Below, in pieces: positions 30,868-40,681 of a DNA stretch of 64,000 bases (the first letter of the stretch is position 1; each line of letters starts with the position of its first letter). The stretch comes from an uncultured Arcobacter sp. (GTDB lineage: Bacteria; Campylobacterota; Campylobacteria; Campylobacterales; Arcobacteraceae): positions 1,728,001-1,792,000 of the forward strand of contig OZ223300.1 in assembly GCA_965140705.1 (NCBI GenBank). Reading direction: 5' to 3'. The translations under genes were made by a program, and so were the position numbers. Under the pieces are notes generated by a model. The model saw only the letters and a program-made list of their open reading frames with translations, was not told where the DNA came from and did no database searches.

Positions 30868-32254
30868 TTATATTTTCCAATATTTTATTTACATCAAGTC
30901 TATTTCTCACATTTGAAATAAAACTATCAATTGTATCTTTTTTATATGATTTAAAATCAAACTCTTTATAATCACTATTTATAGCTTTAAATAGTTTTGT
31001 TCTGATATTATCATTATCAAAAATGGCATGGATAAAAGTACCTTTTATATTATCTGTTTCATATAATATTGGATATTTTGTCGAAACACCATGGTGTATT
31101 TCAAAACCATCAATTTCGCAATCAAAGACTTTATAATTAGCTTTTTTAAGAATTTTCTCTTTTTCAAAGATTATTTTATCATCTATAAAAGCAAAGCCCT
31201 CTTCTATACAAGCTTCACTATTCTCTAATGCATATTTATCTTCAAGAGAGTTAAACATCATCTCATAACCACCACAAAGTCCTAAGATAGTTTTTTTGTA
31301 CTCTTTTATCTTTTTAAATAAACCATTTGATTTAAGCCATTGTAGGTCTTTTATCACAAGCTTTGAACCTGGTAGTATTATCATATCAAACTTATCAAGG
31401 GAGATATTATTTTCTATAAACTCCAAGTTTATATTACTATCAGCAATCAAAGGCTCAAAATCGTTGTAATTACTCATATAAGGATATGAGATAACCCCTA
31501 CTTTGATAATACTATCTTTAGAATTTTGAGCATAGTTTTTCAAACTTTGAGAATCTTCAAAGCCTAGATTAAATGGCACATAAGGAAGTACTCCAAGAAC
31601 TGGTATTTTAAAATCATTTTCTATGATTCTAATCCCTTCATCAAATAAAGATAAATCCCCACGAAACTTATTGACAATCACACCTATTACATTTTTTTGT
31701 AACTCTTTTGGAAGAAGATTATAAACCCCATAAATAGAAGCAAAAACTCCACCTTTTTCGATATCTGCTACAAGTATGATTTTTGTATTATATTTTGTAG
31801 CTATGTAAATATTTGATAAGTCTTTATCCATAAGATTAAGTTCCACAGGACTTCCAGCTCCCTCACAAACAAGACAATCATACTTTTCATCAAGATAAGA
31901 AAAACATCTATCAACAGCAGGTTTTAGTAGGTCTAAATCTTTATAATAAGTAAGAACATCTTTAGAAACTAATACTTTCCCCTCAACTATTACAGAAGCA
32001 TTACTTCCTCTACCTGATTTTAATAGGACAGGATTAAGATGATAAGAAGTGGGCACACCCAAAACCTGAGCTTGAAAATACTGAGCCACAGCAATCTCAC
32101 TTCCATCATCACAAACATAGGCATTGTTTGATACATTTTGAGCTTTAAAAGGAGCAACTTTTACTCCTAAGTCTTGTAAAATCTTAGCTATTACAAAAGT
32201 AATAGTTGATTTACCTGCATCACTTGATGTTCCAAAGATAGAGATGTTTTTCAT
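30860..32254 (-). CDS. cobQ: Cobyric acid synthase (CobQ/CbiP)
   Basis: GTSSDAGKS, PFKAQN, EGAGSPVELNL, NKFRGD, GLCGGY. Confidence 0.96.
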   Translation of the reverse strand: MKNISIFGTSSDAGKSTITFVIAKILQDLGVKVAPFKAQNVSNNAYVCDDGSEIAVAQYFQAQVLGVPTSYHLNPVLLKSGRGSNASVIVEGKVLVSKDVLTYYKDLDLLKPAVDRCFSYLDEKYDCLVCEGAGSPVELNLMDKDLSNIYIATKYNTKIILVADIEKGGVFASIYGVYNLLPKELQKNVIGVIVNKFRGDLSLFDEGIRIIENDFKIPVLGVLPYVPFNLGFEDSQSLKNYAQNSKDSIIKVGVISYPYMSNYNDFEPLIADSNINLEFIENNISLDKFDMIILPGSKLVIKDLQWLKSNGLFKKIKEYKKTILGLCGGYEMMFNSLEDKYALENSEACIEEGFAFIDDKIIFEKEKILKKANYKVFDCEIDGFEIHHGVSTKYPILYETDNIKGTFIHAIFDNDNIRTKLFKAINSDYKEFDFKSYKKDTIDSFISNVRNRLDVNKILENINE

Positions 32255-32749
32255 TTACTTCAACCTTTGCGTAAGACCAAGTTTCACTTCATAAACTTCA
32301 TCACAAATACTTGCTAGCTTTTGTCCTATGATTCCGCTTATATCCACATATTTACGACTAACTTTTTCAAAAGGGATAACTCCACTACTTACGTCATTTA
32401 GTACAAAAACTATATTTGCATTTATTGATGCTAGTTTTTCTATTTCACATAAGAGTTCATCTTCGCTTTTTTCAAGGGCATTTAAAAGCCACATGGAGAT
32501 ACAATCTACCAAATAAGTGTTGTCATCTTTGATGACCTTTGATAAATCAAATTTCTCTTCTATGGTTTCAAACTTATTAGCTCTTTGATTTTGGTGTTTT
32601 AATACCCTATTTTGCATCTCTTTATCACCATAACTATTATCATAGGTTGCTATATAGTATGGCTTTTTATTTTTTGAGAGTTCTATTGTTTTCGTTTCTG
32701 CAAGGGAGCTTTTACCTGATTTTTGTCCGCCATAATATAGTATCTTCAT
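32255..32749 (-). CDS. cobU: Adenosylcobinamide kinase/guanylyltransferase (CobU/CobP)
   Basis: GGQKSGKS, DKEMQNRVLKHQNQR, LVDCISMWL. Confidence 0.92.
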   Translation of the reverse strand: MKILYYGGQKSGKSSLAETKTIELSKNKKPYYIATYDNSYGDKEMQNRVLKHQNQRANKFETIEEKFDLSKVIKDDNTYLVDCISMWLLNALEKSEDELLCEIEKLASINANIVFVLNDVSSGVIPFEKVSRKYVDISGIIGQKLASICDEVYEVKLGLTQRLK

Positions 32750-33348
32750 TATAGTCCTAAAAAGTTTTTGATACCAGTAAATACAATTTGTGCTGCAAGT
32801 GCTGATAAAAATAGACCTGTAATTTTTGATATTACTAATAAACCTTGTTTACCAATCACTTTTTCAATAATACTTGAAGCATAAAGCATAAAACCTATAA
32901 CTAATACTGCACTTATCAAAGCCAAACTTCCCATAACCATAGAAGAAGTATCATTAAAAGTTGCACCCATTACAAGTAAAATACCAATAGTCCCAGGTCC
33001 TATTGTTACTGGAATTGCTAAAGGCACAACTGCTAGTTGAGAAATATCTTTATCGCCTACTTTCCCACTATCTTTATTACCTTTGATTAAATCAACAGCA
33101 GATAAAAACAATAAGGCACCAGCACCTATTCTAAAAGCATCAAGAGTTATTCCAAAGACTGCAAATATATGCTTACCAAAAAATACTAAAACTAAACTCA
33201 TAATAATCACTGAAATTGTAACTTTGATAGCTAAAGCTTTTCTCTCTTTTGCTGTTGCCTCATGGGTTACTGTCAAAAAAACTGAGAGTACAAAAAACGG
33301 TGTCATAATAAAAAACATTTTAAGAAATGTTGCTATAAAAATATCCAT
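32749..33348 (-). CDS. MarC-family membrane protein
   Basis: FGITLDAFRIGAG, VVPLAIPVTIGPGTI. Confidence 0.92.
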   Translation of the reverse strand: MDIFIATFLKMFFIMTPFFVLSVFLTVTHEATAKERKALAIKVTISVIIMSLVLVFFGKHIFAVFGITLDAFRIGAGALLFLSAVDLIKGNKDSGKVGDKDISQLAVVPLAIPVTIGPGTIGILLVMGATFNDTSSMVMGSLALISAVLVIGFMLYASSIIEKVIGKQGLLVISKITGLFLSALAAQIVFTGIKNFLGL

Positions 33349-33351
33349 ACC

Positions 33352-34410
33352 TTATCCTAAGAAACTTTCAACTTGTTTGGTTATATCAGCTTTTGACAAA
33401 CCATTTAAAAGCCCATACATAAGAGCTCCTCCTGCACCAACACCCTCTTTTGCTTCACCTTCATCATATAACTTTAAAGCAGGATGAGTTGATAATGAAA
33501 AGTCAAAATCAGCATAATAAGCATCAATCTTAAAATCAAGTAATTCTATAAGTGCCTTAATATCACTTTTATCATCTTCTTTTATCCACTTTGTAGTACA
33601 CAATGCTAAATTTGAAGTATCAAATTCTCCACCCATAGTTCTTAAAATTGAGTTTACGATTAGAAGAACTGAAGCCATCTGAGTTCCACCTGCTAAGACA
33701 ACTTTTATTTTATTGTTTAGTCCTAAAATAAACCCAGCATTGAATATTTGCATATTATCTGATACACGTCCAAGTTTTGCAAAGATATCATCATCACTTC
33801 TTACATAAGATAACGCATTTTTAACTGTTTCATCTCTTATTGTTGTAGGAGAGTCTTTAAAAGAACTTGAAAAGAACTCTTCACAATCATAATCCAAGGC
33901 TTGGCAAGTAGCCCTAGCTGTTGTAGTACCACTTGGAACACTTTCACCTAAAATTATATAGTCATCTTGGCACTCATAAGTTTGACCAAAAGCTAATCCC
34001 TTTTGAAAAATATCAAGTGCATCTATTTTTGCATCAAGGGCTATTGATTTTGAGGGAGATATTCCAAAACTATGTGTCTTGAAATAATCTACTTTGGGAG
34101 AGACTTCAAGTCCTAAATCTAGAAGTTCTATATTTGAATATGGCTTTAAAAGGTGCACAGCTCTTGTAATAAGAGCAGGAGTTGGAACTCCACTTGGAGT
34201 TGTAGCTATTTCACCTAAACTTCGTAGTTCTCCTGTACACAAGAACTCACTATCAAGTGTAGGAGTTAAGTGTATCTTCCCTGGGATTCCAGCTTGTGTT
34301 AGACCAGCTATATTTACCGTTTGTGTATTGCTAAGGCTTAACATAAAAGTAGCCTTTTTGCCCCTTAAAAATTCTGCAAAATCAATCTTACCTATAATAT
34401 TTTTTACCAA
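33352..34410 (-). CDS. cobT: Nicotinate-nucleotide:DMB phosphoribosyltransferase, archaeal/cyanobacterial CobT type
   Basis: TPTLDSEF, GVPTPALIT, GESVPSGTTTA, LAGGTQM, KEGVGAGG. Confidence 0.88.
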   Translation of the reverse strand: MVKNIIGKIDFAEFLRGKKATFMLSLSNTQTVNIAGLTQAGIPGKIHLTPTLDSEFLCTGELRSLGEIATTPSGVPTPALITRAVHLLKPYSNIELLDLGLEVSPKVDYFKTHSFGISPSKSIALDAKIDALDIFQKGLAFGQTYECQDDYIILGESVPSGTTTARATCQALDYDCEEFFSSSFKDSPTTIRDETVKNALSYVRSDDDIFAKLGRVSDNMQIFNAGFILGLNNKIKVVLAGGTQMASVLLIVNSILRTMGGEFDTSNLALCTTKWIKEDDKSDIKALIELLDFKIDAYYADFDFSLSTHPALKLYDEGEAKEGVGAGGALMYGLLNGLSKADITKQVESFLG

Positions 34411-34418
34411 GTTCTTTC

Positions 34419-35201
34419 CTATATCAAATCTATAAATTTATTTTTAAAAATAATGTTATCATAATCTCTATTAGTCAAATGCCTTTTAACACAATAATAA
34501 AGTGAAGCATATCTTAAATAGATAATAAAATCATCTAGTTTTATCTCTTTATCATAAGCCTTTAAAAGTATATTTATCTCTTCTTTATTACTACACCATG
34601 ATAAAGCTACAACTGCCAAATCAAAGATAAAGTCACCCTCACAAGCATCACTAAAATCAAAGACACAAGTTAGTTTGTCTCCACAAAAAGTTGCATTATC
34701 TAAAAATAGATCTCCATGAATAATACCATCATTTTTAAGCTCTATTTTTAAAGAATCAAACTCCTCTTGAAATGCTTTATTACAAGTTTTTTCTATCATT
34801 ACTTTTAGTTGTGACTTACCAAAAGCTGATAAATTATCATGCTTTTTATTTTTTGTCATTTTATGAAAAGAGTTTAAAAACTGCCCTATTTGCTCTAAGT
34901 GAGTTGATTTTACAAACTCAACTACACTCTCACCCTTTGCTTTAGAAAAAACAAGACCTCTTTTGCCTTTTATAAAAATATCATCTTTTATGACTTTAGG
35001 GACACAAAGTTTTTTTGTATAGTTTAAAAGTTCAATCTCTGCATCAATATTAAAGAGATTTTCTTCTTCATATATCTTTAAAATATAATCATTATCCAAG
35101 ATATAAACAGTATGACTTTCTCCATTTTTTGTCTCTTGCAATGATTTTATATCAAAAAAAGGTTTTATATCTTCATAAAAAAGTTTAGTTTTTACTCCCA
35201 C
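34419..35201 (-). CDS. APH/type II homoserine kinase-like phosphotransferase
   Basis: GIIHGDLFLDN, VFDFSDAC, FDLAV. The likely start is GTG 35201, overlapping the bluB stop (TAGTG) and giving MGVKTKL. Confidence 0.85.
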   Translation of the reverse strand: MGVKTKLFYEDIKPFFDIKSLQETKNGESHTVYILDNDYILKIYEEENLFNIDAEIELLNYTKKLCVPKVIKDDIFIKGKRGLVFSKAKGESVVEFVKSTHLEQIGQFLNSFHKMTKNKKHDNLSAFGKSQLKVMIEKTCNKAFQEEFDSLKIELKNDGIIHGDLFLDNATFCGDKLTCVFDFSDACEGDFIFDLAVVALSWCSNKEEINILLKAYDKEIKLDDFIIYLRYASLYYCVKRHLTNRDYDNIIFKNKFIDLI

Positions 35202-35824
35202 TATATGACCTTCATATCTTTCATTGATTTTCTTTTTTCCCACTCTAGGGTTAAAAGTTCTGGTTCATCTAAAAACTCATCCACATAACCAACTGTCAAA
35301 TAAGCTATAAGTTTATGATTTTTTTCTATATTTAAAATCTTTTTTACTCTTTTTGGTTTTAAAATACTTACCCAGCCAACACCAATATTATGAGCCCTTG
35401 CCATCAACCAAAAGTTTTGGATGGCACAAACTACACTATACTCACCCATCTTTTTTTGGCTTGTTTGCCCTAAGACTCTTTTATCACTTTTTTCATATAA
35501 AACTGCGATATTTAAGTAAGACTCTTTTATACCTTCAAGTTTTAATTTACTATAGAGTTCTTTATCTTTAAAAATCTCTTTTGCTTTTTCATTCTCTTTT
35601 AGGAAATCTTGATATATCTCATCTCTTTTTTTATCATCTTTTACTATCACAAATTTCCAAGGCTGAGAAAAACCAACTGAGGGAGCATCGCAGGCAGCTT
35701 GAAGGAGTTTATCGAGGGTTTTATCATCTATTTTTTTATCTAAAAATCTATTTCCTCTCACATCTCTTCTAGCTTTTATAATCTCATCTAAACATGCTAT
35801 ATCAGCAGATGTAAACTCTCTCAT
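35201..35824 (-). CDS. bluB: 5,6-dimethylbenzimidazole synthase
   Basis: RRDVR, APSVGFSQPWKF, LKLEGIKE, CAIQNFWLMARA, GVGWVSI. Confidence 0.95.
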   Translation of the reverse strand: MREFTSADIACLDEIIKARRDVRGNRFLDKKIDDKTLDKLLQAACDAPSVGFSQPWKFVIVKDDKKRDEIYQDFLKENEKAKEIFKDKELYSKLKLEGIKESYLNIAVLYEKSDKRVLGQTSQKKMGEYSVVCAIQNFWLMARAHNIGVGWVSILKPKRVKKILNIEKNHKLIAYLTVGYVDEFLDEPELLTLEWEKRKSMKDMKVI

Positions 35825-35890
35825 AACTCTTTTTTCCTCTTATTTGTTATATATAAACTTTATAGTACCATTGCATAAAAAAGAGAACTT

Positions 35891-36925
35891 TTGAAATCAA
35901 ATAATCAATTTAGTCATGGTGGTGATATTTTAGCTTTTAGCAAAAAAATAGGCTCAAAACCAAAAGAAATAATAGACCTATCTTCAAATATCAATTTTCT
36001 AAAACCAAATATAAAAACAGACCTAAATAATTTAGATATTTCAAACTATCCAACATATGAAAAACTATATAAAATAATAGCAAAAAAATATAGTGTAAAA
36101 GCTGATGAAATAGAACTTTTCAATGGTGGAAGTAGCGCAATTTTTTCATTCTTTAGATATATCGATTTAAAGCACTGTACAATATATTCTCCTGCTTATT
36201 TAGAGTACAAAAAAGCAGCACAAACTTTTGGATTCAAAATTGATTTGATAAATAGATTTGAGCAGATAAATAAAAAAGTAAAAAAGAACTCTTTAGTTAT
36301 CTTTGTAAATCCCTCAACTCCTGATGGTAAATATTATGATTTTGACAAACTATTTAACTCTTGGCTTGAAAAAAACTGCACTATTTTTGTAGATGAAAGT
36401 TTTTTAGACTTTACAAATAAAAAATCCATCATAAGTAAATTAAAAAGCTATGATAAGCTATATATTTTAAAATCTATGACAAAGATATATAGTAGTGCAA
36501 GTATAAGAGTTGGTACACTTATATCAAATGCCCAAAATATCAAAAAAATAAAAGAGAAAGAGCCTTTATGGAAGTTATCACATTTTGACTCTATTTATTT
36601 ACAAAATGCTATTAAAAACAGAGACTTCATAAGTGAAACTATCAAAATCACAAAAGAAAATAAAAAATATACTATCAAACACTTAGAAAAGTTTGATTTC
36701 ATAAAAAAAATATATAAAAGCCAAGCAAACTATTTATTACTGGAGCTTCAAGACTGCGATGCTCAAACCTTGCAAGATAAATTGATTTCTTACAAAATCA
36801 TGATAAGAGATTGTTCTAACTTTGATTTTCTAAATAACTCTTTTGTAAGAGTTGCAATAAAAGATAAAAAATCTATGCAAAAGTTTATAAAAGCTTTGAA
36901 AAATGAGTTTAAATGCATTTTATAA
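35891..36925 (+). CDS. cobD: L-threonine-O-3-phosphate decarboxylase (Salmonella nomenclature CobD)
   Basis: HGGD, DLSSNIN, VDESFLDF, KSMTK, IRDCSNF; lies next to cbiB. Confidence 0.85.
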   Translation: MKSNNQFSHGGDILAFSKKIGSKPKEIIDLSSNINFLKPNIKTDLNNLDISNYPTYEKLYKIIAKKYSVKADEIELFNGGSSAIFSFFRYIDLKHCTIYSPAYLEYKKAAQTFGFKIDLINRFEQINKKVKKNSLVIFVNPSTPDGKYYDFDKLFNSWLEKNCTIFVDESFLDFTNKKSIISKLKSYDKLYILKSMTKIYSSASIRVGTLISNAQNIKKIKEKEPLWKLSHFDSIYLQNAIKNRDFISETIKITKENKKYTIKHLEKFDFIKKIYKSQANYLLLELQDCDAQTLQDKLISYKIMIRDCSNFDFLNNSFVRVAIKDKKSMQKFIKALKNEFKCIL

Positions 36926-37797
36926 CTGTTTTAGTAGCTTATTTTTTTGATTATATTTTTGGGGAATTGGAAAAAATAAAGTTCTTCAAACATCCAATTA
37001 TTTTTATGGGTAATTATATAAAATGGTTTGAAAAAAACTTTTATAAAGACTCTATAACAAGAGGTGTTACCTTAACACTTTCCTTGCTCAGTATAGTTTT
37101 TATTATCACATATTTTCTAAGTCTTTTTGATAATATTTTAGTCCAAGGATTTTTATGCTCTTTTGCAATCTCATCTAAAATGCTTTATGATAGTGTAAAA
37201 GAAGTTGTCCACTCAACTGACCCTAAACACGCTATTTCAATGTTAGTTAGTAGAGATACAAAGGATATGAATGAAAGTGATATAAATAAAGCTGCGGTTG
37301 AGACGTATGCTGAAAACTTAAGTGATGGAGTAATAGCTCCTATGTTTTATATCTTGCTTTTTGGACTTATTGGAGGTTTTATATATAAGGTTATAAATAC
37401 CCTTGATTCTATGGTTGGTTATAAAAATGAAAGATATGAGAATTTTGGCAAGTTTTCTGCAAAACTTGATGATGTAGTAAATTATATACCCTCACGAATA
37501 ACAGCTATTTTGATAGCTTTATTTTTCAACTCTTTTAATGCTTTAAAAAACTTTTATTCATATGGTAAACTCCATGATAGTCCAAATGCTGGGCACCCTA
37601 TTTCTGCTATGGCTTTAGCTTTAAAAGTAAAATTAGGAGGTCCAACTTCTTATTTTGGGAAAGTAAAAGAGAAAGCTTATTTTGGTGAAGGAAGAGAGGA
37701 AATATTAAAAGAAGATGTTCTAAATGCACTTAATTTTAAATCAAAATTTGATTCACTACTTTTACTTATGGCAATAATCTTTTTTTTATTAGTTTAG
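36913..37797 (+). CDS. cbiB: Adenosylcobinamide-phosphate synthase
   Basis: LVSRDT, AENLSDGVIAP, NTLDSMVGY, SPNAGHP. Confidence 0.95.
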   Translation: MHFITVLVAYFFDYIFGELEKIKFFKHPIIFMGNYIKWFEKNFYKDSITRGVTLTLSLLSIVFIITYFLSLFDNILVQGFLCSFAISSKMLYDSVKEVVHSTDPKHAISMLVSRDTKDMNESDINKAAVETYAENLSDGVIAPMFYILLFGLIGGFIYKVINTLDSMVGYKNERYENFGKFSAKLDDVVNYIPSRITAILIALFFNSFNALKNFYSYGKLHDSPNAGHPISAMALALKVKLGGPTSYFGKVKEKAYFGEGREEILKEDVLNALNFKSKFDSLLLLMAIIFFLLV

Positions 37798-39025
37798 TAT
37801 TTCCTCTAAACATACAGTGCAAATATGTACCAAATACTTTCTCTTTTTCCCAAGAGCCATATTTCCCAATAAGTGCTTTTGATTTAGACAATCTATCAAA
37901 ACCACTATTTTCATCAAGAGGTTTTGTATAGTGAAAAGCATGACCTTTTACACCCTCTTCATTGAAATAGTATCCCATCCTTTGAAACCTTTTCTCTTTT
38001 GTAAAACTTACATCTAGAATAGAGCTCATAGGTTTATCATCAACTGCAACTCCCAAATATAAAAGTCCAGCACACTCGGCATATATAGGCTTTTCTTGTG
38101 CATGTTTTATGAGTGAGGAATTGAAATTATGAGAATTTTTAACTCTTTCAAAGGCGGTGTCAGTCTCAATATAACCACCACAGATATAGACTATATCTGC
38201 ATCACTTGGAATAACTTCATCCTTTGTAGAATCTATGATAACTACTTCCTCAAATACCTCTTTTAAAAAAACTAAATTATCATGATATAAAAAAGAGAAG
38301 TTTACATCATGGACTATGGCTAATTTTTTATTCTGTTTTGGTATTTTTTCAAAGGGATAATTAGATTTGACCTTTTTATGCACTTTTGATATCTTTTCTA
38401 ATCTTTTCATATCAATATGTTCTAAAACATCTTGGCTTATTTTTTCTATCTTTCCTAAATCTTTTAAATCAAGTCCTAAATGTGTCTCATCTAAGGATTC
38501 CAAACCTTTTTTTATCCAACCTAAAACAACAATATCTTTAAAGTCTTTTTCTATTATCTTTTTTATTAGTTCATAGTGGGATTGTGAAGAAATTTTATTT
38601 AAAATTACAGCTTTTATTGTGTTATGTTTTTTATAGGTTTTTAATCCTTGTAAAAGGGCACTTACGGTTATATAACTTCCACTTCCATCAAGTAGAATAA
38701 CTGTAGGGATTTTTAAAAGTCTTGAAATATCATAGGCACTACTTTTTTTGTCATGTCCATCATAAAAGCCCATAACACCTTCACAAATAGAGATTTTTTT
38801 ATCACTATATTTTTCAAAAATCCATCTTATTTCATCTTTGCTCATCATATATCTATCAAGGTTTATACTAGGAGTTTGGCAAACTATTTTATGAAATTGA
38901 GGATCTATAAAATCAGGTCCCATCTTAAAAGGTCGAACTGATTCTTTGAAGTGATATAATAAAGCTGTCGTTAAGACTGTCTTGCCTTGGTTTGAAGCAC
39001 TTGCACTGATACATAAAGCTTTCAT
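37766..39025 (-). CDS. cobB: Cobyrinate a,c-diamide synthase (CobB/CbiA)
   Basis: SNQGKT, KMGPDFIDP, EGVMGFYDG, YAECAGLLYL, GTYLH. Confidence 0.94.
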   Translation of the reverse strand: MKALCISASASNQGKTVLTTALLYHFKESVRPFKMGPDFIDPQFHKIVCQTPSINLDRYMMSKDEIRWIFEKYSDKKISICEGVMGFYDGHDKKSSAYDISRLLKIPTVILLDGSGSYITVSALLQGLKTYKKHNTIKAVILNKISSQSHYELIKKIIEKDFKDIVVLGWIKKGLESLDETHLGLDLKDLGKIEKISQDVLEHIDMKRLEKISKVHKKVKSNYPFEKIPKQNKKLAIVHDVNFSFLYHDNLVFLKEVFEEVVIIDSTKDEVIPSDADIVYICGGYIETDTAFERVKNSHNFNSSLIKHAQEKPIYAECAGLLYLGVAVDDKPMSSILDVSFTKEKRFQRMGYYFNEEGVKGHAFHYTKPLDENSGFDRLSKSKALIGKYGSWEKEKVFGTYLHCMFRGNTKLIKKRLLP

Positions 39026-39029
39026 CTTA

Positions 39030-39986
39030 TTACCTTTTATTTCTTTTTATCAATAAGTACACAAAAAACGGAGCTCCAATAAAAGCAGTCACAACTCCAA
39101 TAGGTAAAGTTGAAGCTGTATTTAAATTTCTTGCAATCAAATCAGAAGCTACTAAAAAAACTCCCCCATAAAAAAATACTGGAAAAATAAGCTTATCTGC
39201 ACTCTTTTTATAAATCAGTTTAATAATATGAGGAATCACCAAACCAACAAAACCTATTGGTCCAACAAAACTTATACTTATCCCCACACTTAAAGATATA
39301 ACTATTAATAAAAGAAGATTTAACTTATGTACATTTAAACCTTTTAAAAAAGCTGTATCATTTGATATAAGCAAAAGTTTTATCTCTGACTTTTTCCAAT
39401 AAATAATACCATATAAAATTACACTTACAAGTAACAATGTTGTAACACTTGTAAATCCAACAGTATCTAAACTCCCTAAAGTAAACCGAACAATAGAATA
39501 ATTTTGTTGTAAATTACTCATATAAAAAACTAACATCAAAGCCGATGAATAGAAATATGATAAAGCAATACCTATAAGTAAAATAGAGTTTGTAGAGACT
39601 GAGATGGAGTTTTTATTTATTCTTTTTGAGATAAAATACAAAATTATAATCGTCAAAAGTGAACCAAAAGCTGATGAAATAGACATAATAACAGCTGGAA
39701 AAAATACAATAGAAATAGCTGTAAAAAGTGTGGTTCCACTTGCTATTCCTAGAGTATAAGGAGTAATAAGTGAGTTTTTAAATACTATTTGAAAAATCAA
39801 ACCACCCAAAGCTAATATTCCACCAACAAAAAATGCCAATAAAACCCTAGAAACTCTCAAGTCCCAAAAAACTTGGTTAGTCATAGTATTACTATTAAAT
39901 ATATCATTTATATTTAAACTTATCTCCCCTAAAAATGGAGCTATTAATAAAATAATTAAGGCCAATAGAAAAAGTAGTTTTTTCAT
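39030..39986 (-). CDS. btuC: Corrinoid ABC transporter permease
   Basis: FecCD-family motifs LRVSR, TPYTLGIASG, GPIGFVGLVIPH; B12 gene context. Confidence 0.85.
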   Translation of the reverse strand: MKKLLFLLALIILLIAPFLGEISLNINDIFNSNTMTNQVFWDLRVSRVLLAFFVGGILALGGLIFQIVFKNSLITPYTLGIASGTTLFTAISIVFFPAVIMSISSAFGSLLTIIILYFISKRINKNSISVSTNSILLIGIALSYFYSSALMLVFYMSNLQQNYSIVRFTLGSLDTVGFTSVTTLLLVSVILYGIIYWKKSEIKLLLISNDTAFLKGLNVHKLNLLLLIVISLSVGISISFVGPIGFVGLVIPHIIKLIYKKSADKLIFPVFFYGGVFLVASDLIARNLNTASTLPIGVVTAFIGAPFFVYLLIKRNKR

Positions 39987-40681
39987 AGGTTAACTACCAA
40001 GTGTTCGTTGATTTTTATAATTGAATTATTATAAAACTTTTTTAAATTTTCATTTGAAAAAAACTCGTCATTTTCTCCAAAAAATTCAATCTTTCCTGAA
40101 TCCATATATAAAATCTTGTATTTTAAGGCATGGGCTAAATCTAAATTATGAGTTATGATAATTTTTTGTTTCAAAAAGTCAGATTTAAAGATATTAAAGA
40201 CCTCTTTTATCCTACTTATATCTAAATTTGCTGTTAGTTCATCAAAGATTGTAATTTGTGCATCATGCATAATACTAGAACCCAATAATAAAAGTTGTTT
40301 CTCTCCTGAGCTAAAAGTTGTGCAATATTTATTTTCTAATTTTTTTAAGTTTAATAGTTCAATGACCTTGTCAATCTTTTCATTATCCACATAAGCTATA
40401 CAAGATAGTTCTAAAAATTCTCGTAAGGTTATATACTCATCAAATATCTCAAATTTTGGTGGAATATAATTTATTAGAGTTGCTCTTTGTTTATCACTTA
40501 TATTTTCAAGATTTTGATTAAAGATTTTTACACTATTATTTTCTATTAGATTAGACAATACTTTTGCTAAAGTTGATTTTCCAGCACCATTGTGTCCAAG
40601 AATTATTAAATTTTCATTCTCTTTTATATGAAAAGAGATATCTTTTAAAATAGAACTTGTGTAGTTATTTATCTCTAACAT
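39983..40681 (-). CDS. btuD: Corrinoid ABC transporter ATPase
   Basis: GHNGAGKST, FSSGEKQ, IFDELTANLD, ITHNL. Confidence 0.83.
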   Translation of the reverse strand: MLEINNYTSSILKDISFHIKENENLIILGHNGAGKSTLAKVLSNLIENNSVKIFNQNLENISDKQRATLINYIPPKFEIFDEYITLREFLELSCIAYVDNEKIDKVIELLNLKKLENKYCTTFSSGEKQLLLLGSSIMHDAQITIFDELTANLDISRIKEVFNIFKSDFLKQKIIITHNLDLAHALKYKILYMDSGKIEFFGENDEFFSNENLKKFYNNSIIKINEHLVVNL

